DNA from: the human T2T-CHM13v2.0 reference genome, Homo sapiens
Length of the DNA stretch: 64,000 nt
Direction: 5' to 3' (one strand)
Assembly (NCBI RefSeq): GCF_009914755.1
Contig: NC_060927.1
Position 1 is the first letter of the stretch. Each line of letters starts with the position of its first letter. Made by a program: the position numbers and the translations under genes. This document shows positions 27,921 through 41,230 of the stretch, piece after piece. The notes under the pieces were generated by a model. It did no database searches, was not told the origin of the DNA, and worked only from the letters and a program-made list of their open reading frames with translations.

Positions 27921-28171
27921 AACACAATATGTATGTATGTGTGTTTATATGTGTACATGTGTTTGTGTATGTTTATATATATGTATGACAGTTTAGAATA
28001 TATAAATTAAAAAAAATTAAACAGGGGAAAAATCATCAACACCACCACTCAGAGTTAACCATTATTTTTTCATTATACTAGGTGGCAATTAAGGTACTTG
28101 GGCCTGGATAGATCTATGGGCCAGAACTACAAACAAATCTAATAAAGATACCATGTGCTTCCAGCACTTTT

Positions 28172-28575
28172 GCTGTCAATCAAAAGAAAACATTGAGACA
28201 AAACAAGAATCAACAGTTCATTTGGGTAAAGAACAATTCATGAATTGGGAAGCACCAAATTGAAATGAGATTATGGTCTCCACTCTAGTGGCTTAAGCAG
28301 CAAGCTTTTATAGGCTGACCACAGAAGCAAAGCAAAGAAGTCGGTTGGTTTATTAGCTACAGCGAGGTGTTTACCTGATTTGGCTATGGTTCAATGGGAG
28401 GTCACAGTTAACATATCAGCTAGTTGATTGTTGCGGTAAGCTGAGGCTTGGTTCAGCTTTTTCTTTGATCAGTTACAAGAAATGTCTCCAAGTTTACTTA
28501 TGATTTGCTTACATAAGAACTCTGGGTACAGAGACAACCTCAAGCTAATGGTCTCTTTCTTATTTGCTTTACTAC
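28172..28575 (-). mobile_element. ERV1 solo LTR, MER31/MER67-family-like
   Basis: GAACAATTCATGAATTGGGAAGCAC...TTTTATAGGC...CAAGCTAATGGTCTC motifs. Confidence 0.6.
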
Positions 28576-29421
28576 TATCTGTCTATCATCACCGTATCAC
28601 TATAGGATTGTAAGAGCTTTCGAACTAGGGCTGCATTTCCTCCCTTCTCAGAAGATGACATTGTACCTCAGTCTTCTAGATTGTAATGAAATGTAAAGCA
28701 GGTGACTCCAAGGAAAAGAGATGCATCAAAATATTCCACTTCTCTCTATTCTCTAATCCTAAGAATGCCACATTTCACAGTCCCTGACATAAACATTACC
28801 TGACAGTGGGATTTTTCTCAGGGTCCCAGAGCTGGTATAGAAGTTCTTTGGCAGCTGGGCTGGTAAACACAGAAGTTTTCTAGCAAGGACGTCCAAAGAA
28901 CTGTTCAAATAAAGATAAAATTCTGACTTTTTATCTGGTTTTATTCAGGGCAAACAAATTAAGGACCCATGGTGACATCAACTTAATGTATTTTTAAACT
29001 TTGGGACATTTGTAAATAATAATTTCCCTGATATTATGTAGAAATGCATACATTTTTTAAAGAGTCCTAAAAGTATCAATCTCAAAGAGAAAATTCTGAA
29101 AATAATACTTAGACCAGAATGATTATCAATTTTCAAAAAGGACCACTCAGATTATACAGAATTCCCTATGTTTACTGTACATCTAACAATTTCTTTTTAC
29201 ATGTACAAGCTTCTTAAATTTCTTAAGCATTTTCTCAAGCAATACACATAAGCCTTGAGGAGACAGTGTCCTCAGTCTGTTAATCTCATTTGCTTCCCAC
29301 AAGGAAGAAAAATGTCAGAGTTGAAGCGTTTTGGATGTGAGTTAACATATCCTTTTTCTTTTCCAACAGAAACGAAATCAGACTTCACAGGATTTTTAGA
29401 AACTCTTTTTAAAATTTAATA

Positions 29422-29768
29422 CATTAGTCCCTCTGTATCCTCAGGGGATTGGTTCTAGGATCCAATACCTAGATTATGGACAGATAATCCATAGATATTG
29501 ATATCCCTAGATTATGGATCCTGGAGTCCCTTATATAAAATGATGCCGTATTTGCATATAACCTATGCAATCCTCCCGTGTACTTTAAATCACCTCCAGA
29601 TTACTTATAATATGATGTAAATGCTATGTAAATAGTTGTTCTACTGTATTGCTCAGGGAATAATGGCAAGAACAAAGGTCTGTACATGTTCAGTACAAAT
29701 ATAATCATCCATTTAAAAAATGTTTTTTCCATTGGATGCAGAACCCAAGGATATAGAAAACTGGCTAT
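29422..29768. mobile_element. MER2 (TcMar-Tigger) DNA transposon fossil
   Basis: CCCTCTGTATCCTCAGGGGATTGGTTC...AGTCCCTTATATAAAATG...TTTGCATATAACCTA...GGATGCAGAACCCAAGGATA. Confidence 0.88.
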
Positions 29769-30161
29769 ATATGTTCTCTTCCTGCCATTATATATTTTAT
29801 AAAATCATTTTTAATGACATATTCTACTTTATATCATTTTACTGATGATTGACCTGTTTGTGGACTGTTTTGTCTGTTTTCTCTCAGTCTTTTGTATAAT
29901 GAACAGTCACTTATAAGCACATTTAGAGCCAAATCTTTGAATATCTTCAGGGTTATTTCCATAGGATCAATCAGCACACATAGGATTGTGTTTATTGTGA
30001 TTATTTACATCAGAAATAATCCTGTTACAAATTGTCCTCCAGAAAGTATGTATTTAAATTTTCATCATCAATATGTTAGAAAAATCTATTTTTTTTCATA
30101 GAGACATGATCTATGTTGCCTTTTTTATGTTCTTCACGCAAAACCTATACATTGCCTATTA

Positions 30162-30404
30162 TACTTGTTCCTCAACTTGAGACGGGACTATGTCTGGATA
30201 AACCCATTGTAAATTGAAAATACTGTAAGTTGAAGATATATTTTCACAGTCCCTGTACATTTTTGACTATTTCTGTATGTTTTCAACTTATGATGGGTTT
30301 ATCCAGATGTAGTCCCATCATAAGTCAAGGAGTGTGCTGAAGGTGTATCACCTTGTCAAGCCAAAAGATTGTAAATCAAACCATGTAAGTCAGGGACTTC
30401 CTGT
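30162..30404. mobile_element. MER47-like (TcMar-Tigger) fossil with internal inverted repeat
   Basis: GATAAACCCATTGTAAATTGAAAA pairs with TTTTCAACTTATGATGGGTTTATC. Confidence 0.75.
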
Positions 30405-30436
30405 CTTTTATTTTATCATTTTCCCCAATACGATAG

Positions 30437-30860
30437 GTGTCATAGGTTGGATTTCCTAGAAAACAGACTCTAAAATTTTTGTACAAGAGGTTTACTGGGA
30501 ATAACACAAGTGAGGGGTTAGAGAAGCAGGACAAGGCAGGGGGAGAAATAAAACTGCAGCACGATTTCAACAAGGGCTCTGTTGATCTTTATAAAAACTC
30601 GAGAGCTGGGATGTTCCTTCAAAATCATCCTGCCTTGAATAAAAGGGGGTAGGACTTGATATGCTTGTAACACCCTGCAAGCTGCCCTAGGATGGGTGTG
30701 ACCTTGGATGAGGAGGCTGTTTTCAGCTGAAGGCAACTCTTGGAGAAACATTTAGCCATAAGCTGCGTGCTGCCAACAGGACCAGCACTTGAGGAATGAA
30801 TGCTCTTCTGAAAAGAGAAATTGAGTGGTGTGCTAGCGCCTCTTCTCCAAGAGATCCACT
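30437..30860 (-). mobile_element. ERVL LTR, LTR16-like
   Basis: GAAAACAGACTCT...GAGGTTTACTGGGA...GAAGCAGGACAAGGCAGGGGGAGAA...GAGCTGGGATG. Confidence 0.65.
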
Positions 30861-31058
30861 TACTTTGTATAATAATTAGTGGGAACAGCACCTCTCGGAT
30901 TCTGGTTGGTTTAGTTTTCAGGAAAATTTACAAGAGGAAGGTTAGTGAAGTGAACTACATACAATCCCAGCCAGCGCATCTGGTCTTGAGGCTGCAACTG
31001 ACACCAAACATATCTCATTACAAGTCTGTATTTCTCTTACCCTACTTCTATTACTGAC

Positions 31059-31485
31059 TGTTCAGATAGGGCTCACTGGGAAACAGACTGAGATGTGCAT
31101 ACAGGATGTTTACTGAAGCATGTGTGCTTTTGCGAACAACACATGTGAGGGGGCAGGGAAGCAGAATTGGGCAGAGAGAGGAGCTGAATTGAAATGCAGT
31201 TGCAACAGACCTCATTCAATTTTGTGAGAACTTCAGAGCTGCAACAGCTTTTCAGATTGACCCCACCATGGCACAATGTAGCTGGACTATATACTCTTGC
31301 ACTGGATCAGTCATTAGACACAGGCTCTTCTAATGTAAGGGATATTGTGGCTCTCTTTAGTTAATGGCATTTCCTAGAGAGAGAAACTAAGCTGAAATCT
31401 GTCAGGTGTCATACCATAGCAGCTGAGGGAATGAGCATTTCAGTCCTGAAATGGAATCTGAGCAACACATCATGATATCTATTAC
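31059..31485 (-). mobile_element. Second ERVL LTR, LTR16-like
   Basis: GGGAAACAGACTGAGA...GGAAGCAGAATTGGGCAGAG...ATGCAGTTGCAACAGA; same motif order as 30437-30860. Confidence 0.65.
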
Positions 31486-31506
31486 AGTAGTTAAAAATGG
31501 CATCTC

Positions 31507-31823
<317 letters not shown>

Positions 31824-31954
31824 TTATTTGATATGTCATTGAACCACATGACTTCTTTTTGAATTCCCTGAATATTTCTTTCATTTTTCTGTGTTAATAA
31901 TGTTTTCTTATCATGTATGTTGAAGATATTTGCTCTGTTTTTCAATTGTCATTC

Positions 31955-32075
31955 TTTCTTTTATTTTTTAATTTTTATGGGTACCTAGTAGGTGCATATA
32001 CTTATGGGGTACATGAGATATTTTGATACAGGCTTGCAGTGTATAACAGTCACATCATGGTCAGTGGGGTATCTT
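31955..32075 (-). mobile_element. Short L1MA 3' end fragment
   Basis: GGGTACCTAGTAGGTGCATATACTTATGGGGTACATGAGATATTTTGATACAGGC. Confidence 0.75.
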
Positions 32076-33209
32076 CGTTTCGTTGATACATCCATGTTTA
32101 TATTTTGTATGGTATATTTCCTTCCCTTTTGCATTTCTTTCTACCATTTGAGCTTTAAGAATTCTTTATCCTGATTATAAGTAAATACAGATTATTTTAT
32201 TTAGTAATTCGATAGTGTTACTTTATTTAAATATTTTCTATTATTTGGAATTTATTTTAGTTCATGGTATAAGGCAAGAATGTAAATTATGTGTGTGTGT
32301 ATGTTTTCTGGATAGTTCAACAATTATCTCAGCACCATTCTTGAATGATCCATCTCATCTTTAGTGATTTTATGCTTCCAATATAATATATTCAGTTCTT
32401 TATATGCCAGATTTTGTCTATGCAATAGTCTATTTATCAATTAACCTGTTTATACATATGTCAAAAACACATTACCTGAATTATTATAGTTTTATAGTAT
32501 TGCTTACTGTCCAGTTGAACTAAGTAAGCCACAGTGTGATCAGCTTATAGATACAGGAGTATGTCATTATTATCTTAGATGCCTAAATTTTCATGCCTTT
32601 TTCGCTTATGTGGAAACATCCATTTTTCTTCACTTCTGACCATCTGTTCTATGCATTTTGCCTTTTAACAAATGTTTAAATGATGTTTGAAAGTGTCATA
32701 TTCTTGTCTTCTTTCTTCTCCTCACTACCTTGTTCCCTTGCAGATTGGCAACTTTTTAAAACAACCATTGAGCTGCATGTTTCTTTTTAAATTCCTTATC
32801 TCTTCTATCCCAGGCCTGAGCACATGGTACAACATAAACAAATATTTTTGAATGTTGAATGAATAAGATTATAATTTCATTTCTGTGTTATCTCTTTGGT
32901 TCTTGATTTCTCTACATTAAAAGTCATATCTAGAATACCTCACAAAGTGGTAGGAAAGTATGAAAAAAATACATTGAAATACACTGAAATAGCATATGGA
33001 TATGTACTTTTCATTCTTTTTTTTTCTAAAGAGAGGTCATTGATGAGACTTTCAATATTTAGGCTAGATTGACTTTCAGGGACATTATAGAGCCTAACTT
33101 TGAAGAGCTCAAAATATGATTGAAAATTTTGGAGCTCATAGTGAAAAATCTAGATAATCACTGCTTTTGTTAATTAGCTTTTTATTCTTTCCACACAGGT
33201 ACTAAGTGA

Positions 33210-33370
33210 GGAACCAGCTATATAATTTATAGGGACAAGTACAAAAATGAAATGGTTGGGTCCCTTGTTCAAAATTTATTAAGAATTTCAAGATGGTGAT
33301 AGCAAAGCATTTAACCAAGTGTGAGTCCTTTTGCAACTGCATAGTTTGAGCACCCGCAAACCTGGCCCAT
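33210..33370. mobile_element. MER45A-like (hAT-Tip100) fossil
   Basis: CCCTTGTTCAAAATTTATTAAGAATTTCAAGATGGTGATAGCAAAGCATT. Confidence 0.75.
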
Positions 33371-35040
33371 GACTAAATACAACCCATATACACTATGACA
33401 GGTATTAGCGCTGTAGTGGGGAGGAAACAAATATGGTTACTTCCCTTGTGGAACTCACAGATTCAATGTAGACAAAAGCAGAACAGTGACAATTTATTTC
33501 CTTAATAGTGCCTTACTAGCTTCACTAATTCAAAATTGGTTTTAGAAATTTCACTACTTTGTACTTATTCCCAATCGCCAACGTAGTTTTTGAACTGCCA
33601 TGTCTTTGGATAATCATATAGCAGAATTTAATAAATGACAACTGTTTGCAGGAAACTATGAACTCGGTGAAAATAAAATTAGAAACTTATTTTTATCATG
33701 AATATTATTTCTAATAAAGCAGTATAAAAGCCCTTTGTGAAGGGTGTTTTCATATCTGTAGTGGGCATATATGTGCTACAATGTGTAGCAGCAGCTGGAA
33801 ATTTTTTCTGTCATTACTGAGTTTTGAAAAGATATTTTTCTCAAAATGTAAGAAACACTGTCACTAAGGAAGAAATGCATCTTATTAGAATGAGAATGTT
33901 GTAGATAATGATTATATGGTTTGTCCTGAGATTGAGATTACTATATATGTGATGGTTCTCTTTTTGGGAGGGAGATAATGTCAAAATATATTAGCCAAAG
34001 ACCTTCAGAAGTAGGTGGGAAATAGGCAGAAATGTATACCCATTAGCAATTGATTCCTCAGCATGCTAGTCAAGCCCATTTTTTGACATCTGTTTTATTT
34101 TGGTTCTTGCCTCTTCCAGCATTCAAGCTGTCAGCTCTTGCTCTGTTAACAATGGGGGCTATGAGCTGAAGTATATTCAGATCACTCATGAACACTACAG
34201 GCACTGGTTCCTTCCATACCACCAGCTGACATGAGATGGCAAACACTGAGAAAGGAAGGCACAGTAAGCTCATATTACCTGCTGCAAAGGAACAACATGT
34301 TGAGAGCAATAAAACTTTTGCCAACACTGTGTACCATTTTGTAAGATTGTGGGTTTGAAAGAATATTTTTTCCCCTGCAGTCTACTTCATGGATTGCTTT
34401 TGATTAACAGCTCTTTCCTTTTTTTCTCTGAATCCATTGGTGGCTGTAAGTTTGTATCCATTCTCTTTGGAGGGAGGACACCCAACTATAGCAATATGAT
34501 TCATGGTGGTGAACTATGGCAGAATTCAAGAATTTAAAGTGATTTTAAGTATCTCACTGAGTTTATAAAAAATCCCAAACAAAGATTTCTGGAAAATGCG
34601 TAAATGCACAAACTAAGCAGGATGGGTGAGGGCTTTTATTCTTCACTATCAAAATGATTCTTCAGCATCAGTATGTATTTTGATACTGAAGACTCATTAG
34701 AAACACTGTATATATTCATGGTAGTGTTTTGGATTAAAAATATGTCTTCTCTCTTTTATTTTTATTTAATTAATTAAAATTCTCTGAAAAGACTTGGAAG
34801 GCTAAATTCATATCCCCAGTAGAGGCGGCAAGGTGGGGAAGCTTTAGACCTCCTCCCATAATCTTCGTTTGCTCCCCAGTGGCATCCACCAAATGATAAA
34901 TACATTTATTAGTATGGAAAATAAATTTTTCTCAGTCCTAAGTAAAATGTAATTAAAATAGTTTTTTAAAATGTTGATATCTTTATTAATCTGTAGCATA
35001 CATTCAAAATATAAACTGTGCTTGCTAGAAAAATGCATCT

Positions 35041-35382
<342 letters not shown>

Positions 35383-37292
35383 TCAGATATTTACAACTTT
35401 CTATCTCAAATTACTTCTATTCTCCCAATCAGTGTGTCTCCACCCTGGCAACAAAGCTCTCCTTTATAAATCCCCATTGGGACTGTAGTTCAGTATCACT
35501 GCTCCCCCTTTTCATGCCTTCTTACTATCAAAGATATGGTCTACATACCCTAGAGTTTCCTTGACTAGGCATCATTCTTATGCCACTTGTAGTTATACAA
35601 AAGAAGGATAGTTTTCATGAAGTGACGTTTCATTCCACCAGGATTGTAAAAGTATCTTCTTATTCTCAGACCCACCAGTTTAACAGGCTCAAATATACCT
35701 GCTTATTGTTCTTATTTACCTCTTGTTTTTTATGCATGAGATTGAAATTTGTTTATATATTTCTTGACCATATGAACACTTTCTGTATTTTATTGCCCCT
35801 TTATGTCATTTTGCCATTTTTTATGGACGTGCTTTTTGTTAATATACAGAAGCTTGTTATATATTCTAAACATTAATGAACCCCTTAAATGTTAATATAT
35901 TCAAATATTTTCCCCAATTTAATATTAGATTTTTTTACATAGTTGATGGAAGTTTTTCTTGCCATTCTAAAGTTTTTTTCTTTTGTGTAATGTCTTTTCC
36001 TTCACATTTTTCTCCAAATAGAATTTTTACTTTAAAATACTTCATATTCACCAAAATATGAATTTTAAAATTAATTAAAATGCAGAAATCTTTAATCATA
36101 AATTTCAAATATTTAAAACTTCTACTATGTAAAGATGAAACTATAAAGTTTTATTTCAATGTTTTATGTATATATAGTGTTCCATTGTATAGATTGCCAT
36201 CATTTATTTGACCAATATCAGTTAATGAAAACTTAAATCAATGTCCTAGTACATATTCCTCAAATAATGGTCAGATATTTCCTTAGAATAAATTTCTAAA
36301 TGTGGAATTATTGAGTAGAAAACATGTAATTTCTCAGGCTTCTGATATTATTTACTAGTCTGTCCTCAGGAAAAGATGACCCATTTATAGTTCCACAGTC
36401 ATGTAAGAGGGCTAGATTTTTCATATCTACCAGCACAGAGTACTTTTATTCTTATTTATTTTGCAAATATATATAATAATTTATAAAAATTGTAATTTAT
36501 AAATGCAAAGGTATGATGGGGAGAGTAGAAAAACCAAAGTTTAGGAAGCCTTGGAAGTCAGTTTGAGTTTGGACTGGATGTGGAAGAAAAAATGTTAGAG
36601 AAGCTTATCTCTGTTGTCAGGTTGGAAGTGAAACAGTAAAGTTGGCATTTTATGAAAATTGATTGATGATTAAGGAATCTGTTGCAATGTTTCAGTTATG
36701 ATTAAATAAGTTTCAGCAAAGATGTAACAGGATTAATTATAACTAAGTTTAGGAAGAAACTAGAAGATATAGTGAGAGATTAAAAGCAAAGATGAGAGAT
36801 TTTAAGGGTTTCCCATTTGGGAGTGCGGAATGACAAAAGTATCATTGTGATGACTAGGAAGTTGATAAAGAGAAGTTTTTTGGACTGATTAGTTAAGATG
36901 ATAGTGGTGAGGGAAGTGAAGGTAGGAGCCAAGTGGAGGGCCCATTACAAGTTAAATAATGGACAGGTGTGTAAGGCTCAAGAATATTTTCATGTTGTCC
37001 CCAGGAAATCATCAAGAAATATCAGGCTTCCACTTCTGGCATTAGAAAAACCAAGGTATAAGATAAATGAGCTAATGAGCTGAATATTGAAAGAATTAGA
37101 ATGTCAGATCATGGTAACTGGTTGAGAGTTGGAGAGTAGAAAGGAGAACAGCTGGACAACCTTTGTTGAGAGACCCAGAATCATAGAATTTTAAAGATTG
37201 TCTAGTTCAGTTATCAAATTAAGTGTTCTCTGGAAGTTAATTGGATTTAACAGGCCAAAGAGGTTAAAGAAGGTACATTAGGGAAGACAGTC

Positions 37293-37378
37293 TGTGTATA
37301 TGTGTGTGTGGGTACTCCTGTATGTGTGTGTGCATGTGTGTGTGTGTGCATGCGTGCCCACACACACATGCACACACG
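37293..37378. repeat. (TG)n/(CA)n purine-pyrimidine tract containing a 19-bp perfect stem
   Basis: 37326-37344 is the exact reverse complement of 37359-37377. Confidence 0.85.
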
Positions 37379-37666
37379 TCTGGGGAGGGGAGGGTATAGA
37401 TGTTGTCTTAGTCACTTCAGGCTACTCTAACAAAATACTATGGAATGAGTAGTTTAAACAACATACATTTATTTCTTACAATTCTGGAGGCTAAATAGTT
37501 AAGGTTAAGTCGCTGGCAGATAGGGTTCCTGGTAAGAAGACTTCTCTTACCTTGCAGACAGCCACCTTCTCCCTGTGTCCTCACATGGTGGAAGGAGAGA
37601 GTGCTGTCATTTCTTCCTCTTCTTATAAGGACATTAATCTCATCATGGGGGCCCAACCTCATGATC

Positions 37667-37960
37667 ACTTTTTTTTTTTTGAGACGGAGTCTCGCTCTGT
37701 TGCCCAGGCTGGAATGCAGTGGCGCGATCTCGGCTCACTGCAAGCTCCGCCTCCAGGGTTCACGCCATTCTCCTGCCTCAGCCTCCTGAGTAGCTGGGAC
37801 TACAGGCGCCTGCAACCACACCCAGCTAATTTTTTGTATTTTTAGTAGAGAAAGGTTTCACCATGTTAGCCAGGACGGTCTCAATCTCCTGACCTCGTGA
37901 TCTGCCCACCTCGGCCTCCCAAAGTGCTGGGATTACAGGCGTGAGCCACCACGCCCAGCC
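37667..37960 (-). mobile_element. Full-length AluY
   Basis: CAAGCTCCGCC and TTCACGCCATTC diagnostics; TSD CCAACCTCATGATC at 37653-37666 and 37961-37974. Confidence 0.95.
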
Positions 37961-37975
37961 CCAACCTCATGATCT

Positions 37976-38425
37976 TGAGAGGTGAAGCCAGCTGGACGTT
38001 GGGTCGGGTGGGGACTTGGAGAAATTTTTTGTCTTACAAGAGGATTGTAAAATGCACCAATCAGCGCTCTGTAAAATGCACCAATCAACACTCTGTAAAA
38101 TGCACCAATCAGCAGGATCTTAAAAGTAGCCAATCGCAGGAAGGATTGAAAAAAGGGCACTCTGATAGGACAAAAATAGAACATGGGTGGGGACAAGTAA
38201 GGAAATAAAAGCTGGCCACCCCAGCCATCAGCCTCAATCCGCTCTGGTCCCCTTCCACGCTGTGGAAGCTTTGTTCTTTCGCTCTTCACAACAAACCTTG
38301 CTACCGCTCACTCTTTGGGGTTGTGCCATCTTTAAGAGCTGTCACACTTACCGCAAAGGTCCAAGGCTGCATTCTTGAAGTCTGTGAGACCATGAACTCA
38401 CTGGCTGGAACTAACTCCAGACACA
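37976..38425 (+). mobile_element. ERV9 solo LTR, LTR12F-like
   Basis: TGAGAGGTGAAGCCAGCTGG...CTCCAGACACA; 4-bp TSD ATCT at 37972-37975 and 38426-38429. Confidence 0.92.
38046..38210 (+). promoter_or_regulatory. LTR12 U3 CCAAT (NF-Y) repeat array and promoter motifs
   Basis: TGTAAAATGCACCAATCA at 38046, 38070 and 38094 (24-bp period); a further CCAAT at ~38130; TGATAG at ~38163; AATAAAA at ~38204. Activity not shown by sequence. Confidence 0.6.
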
Positions 38426-39369
38426 ATCTCATCTAAACCTTATTACCTCCCCAAGGCCCCACTTTCAAATACCGTTACATTAAGGGTTAGGGTTTCAACC
38501 TGTGAATTTTCAATGGACATGCAGTTCATAACTGAAGTGATCCTAGACCTATAGCAATTTGGCTTAAAGATTCTCCCAGAATTGTGTCCTTCTGCCTTCC
38601 ACAATGGGAATGAACCTATCCAGACCTTGAAATGACCTCTAAAACAACTAAAGTGAAGATAACCCCAAGGAAGCATCGAAAATTAATAAATTTATTTAGG
38701 ACTTTACATATTGCACTCAAGGTAAAGGCACTGTATTTTCAAAGCATTAAAAACAATCATTCTCTACTTCAATGGCAATGGCCTTAAAAGTTGAAATTGT
38801 ACCTTTTGTATTTTCAGTAGAAATGGATTTTTTGGTCCTAATGTCATCAACCTCAAATTCCATTACTTTATATTGAATACACTGAGTTCCCCTCCACACC
38901 TCTCCTTCTCCCAGTGGTATTTTTGCTGTCATTAGCATCTCTTGCCTTGGAAACCATTGACATACTGATAGCAGCAACTTCTGCTGAGGTCCTTTTAACT
39001 TTGGCACTGATCAATATATGCCATGCAATTTATTTTATTTTCATCTCTTTAGACTTTGTTATAAAAGTAATAAGTATTCACTGAAGGAAATTTGAGGTAA
39101 ATTAGATAATAAAATAACACAAATGAAACATAATAAGACCACCCATAATCTCATCACACAGAAGTAATAATTGTTAACATATTGGTGTATATTTTTTCAA
39201 GTATTTTATTTGTATAAACACTTTTATGGAATAAGATTATACTATATCTTTTGTTTTACAACTTGATTTATTAAAATGTTTTTAAAACATTTTGTGATGT
39301 CATTATTTAATTTTCCATTATAATTTTCTATTTTATGATGCTTAAAATGATGGCATTAAAATAATAGCT

Positions 39370-39590
39370 TAAATTTATTTAGAAATTTTTGTGCTAGTCA
39401 CCACTGAAAGTACATATATATGCATTGTATCACTGAAATTTCACAGCGACCATAGGAGATTGATACTGTTACTGTCCCTAATTTATAAAAAGGGAAATGG
39501 AACACAGTACAGGTTTGATAATTGGCCCAGGGTTTCATGCCGTGGAAGTTACAGACCAGGACTTGAAGCCAGGGACTTTTAACTCTAGAA
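39370..39590 (-). mobile_element. MIR relic
   Basis: TAATTGGCCCAGGGTTTCA...CCAGGACTTGAAGCCAGG. Confidence 0.6.
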
Positions 39591-41004
39591 CCCAAGATTT
39601 TTCAAGCTGACTGTATAAATATATAGCATGCCACTGTTTTTGCAATTGCACTATAACAATTTTCTAATGTTGGGTACTTAAAATTTATACCTTTTATTGC
39701 TTTAAAGAAACAATGAAAATTCTTCCAGTGAAATCTTTGGTTCCATATACACTATTTTCCTAATGACAAATGCCAGTGATTAAAATTGTATGGTCCAACA
39801 GTTATGTGCATAATTTATGCATCAATATTTTTTGCAAAAATCTAAAAGCAGCCAAGTCGAGCCAGCATAGACTAGAAACTGGAAGTAATAGAATACTAAA
39901 TTCAAATTCTTTTATGATTTCCAGCAGATCTCAGCACCGTTGTGTATATTGTGGGAAGTAAGCCTAATAATCCTTTTTTAACCTTAGAGTTATGTAATAT
40001 TTTGAAAGTCTAAAAGACGATTCTTATGAACTTAGATTTGACAAAATCTTTAAGAAGTAACTTTTAGAAAGTGTTTTAAGGTAAAACCTTCTACCTAGAA
40101 ATGTGCTTTGAATATATATAATGGACTCTCAGTAGAGGTTTGATGACCCATTAATCCAGATCTGGAAACAATCCTGTGTTTTCTATTTTTGTGATATTTC
40201 ACCTAAGGAAATGTTCACCTGAATCCTTTGATAATTACAGAAATTATCTGGAAGCAGAATAAATGACATATTGGAGAATTAAGGTCAAATGGTCTTTGGT
40301 GACCTACTGTACTTTTGCAAATACATCAACCATTTATATCTACCATTGCCCTAATAGAATTTCCTGGCATGCATGTTTTCAATATTAGTATGTCTGCAAA
40401 TGCTTTAATACATGGAAATTATTGATGGCAGATATTAAGCTATGGTAACACATTGAAAACAATTTGAACATTTTACAGTTTAACATTTTCCAAGCCAAAA
40501 ATTAAAAATCTGACATCTATATATGTACCTGAAAATTTGACTTTTCTAGAAAAGTCTAGTTCCTAAGTTGCAAACCAGTACTCCACCATTCCTCCTGCAC
40601 TATTGAAAGAACAACTCTTGTAAAATAATATCCATATTTAGGAAAGACTAAACAATAAAGACTTATTTCCATTTTTTTTCTCATTTTTGAAATAAACTGT
40701 TATCAAATTCTCTCCAGATTATTTCTGTTACAAAACCACCACCCATTATGCCTCCTCCTTAAAAACATTGTGCACAATGCTGGAAATGGGTTTTCCCTAG
40801 CCAGCACTCCAACTGGGTACTGAAGGTTGGGGCTGCACACATAGCCAGTTTCAAATAACTGACCCCCTATTGTCCCTGCTGCTATTGTTCTCAACCTCCT
40901 TTCTTCCTGTATGAATGCTCCATAATTGTAGGTTGAGTACAAAATTCTAAAATCTGTTTTTTCTCATTGGTAATATTGGATTATTTAAAAAAAAAAAAAA
41001 ACTA

Positions 41005-41230
41005 TTATGGACATAGTGGTATGAAGAACTGTGGAATCAGATCTGGTTGGAATCCCAGATTCCCCACTCACTGTCATGGTAAGCAGCTATTTCAACTCAT
41101 TGATCCTTTATTTCTTTATCTGTGATTTTGGAGATATTAATGATACATATGTCATAAGGTTGTGAATGAAGCTTGAGTAGGACAATGCATGTAAAGAGCT
41201 TAGTAAGTTGCTTGACTCAAGATAAATTGC
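41005..41230 (+). mobile_element. MIR relic
   Basis: TGGAATCAGATCTGGTTGGAATCCCAG...AATGCATGTAAAGAGCTTAG. Confidence 0.65.

Larger units (their letters stand above)
37404..38532 (-). mobile_element. MLT1A-like LTR split by AluY and LTR12 (pieces 37404-37666 and 38426-38532)
   Basis: TGTCTTAGTC...TTCTGGAGGCT...CCTCACATGGTGGAAGG...CCTCATG, then ATCTCATCTAAACCTTATTACCTCCCCAAGGCCCCAC. Confidence 0.85.

Noticed and set aside
30162-30404. Hairpin-forming sequence as a candidate miRNA
   Set aside because: Explained by the internal inverted repeats of a MER47-like Tigger element.
38046-38115. Regularly spaced 24-bp repeats resembling a CRISPR array
   Set aside because: These are tandem LTR12 U3 CCAAT repeats without unique spacers, in primate DNA.
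40703-40942. 79-aa minus-strand ORF in non-repeat DNA
   Set aside because: Non-ATG start, no recognisable domain or splice structure, and a length expected by chance.
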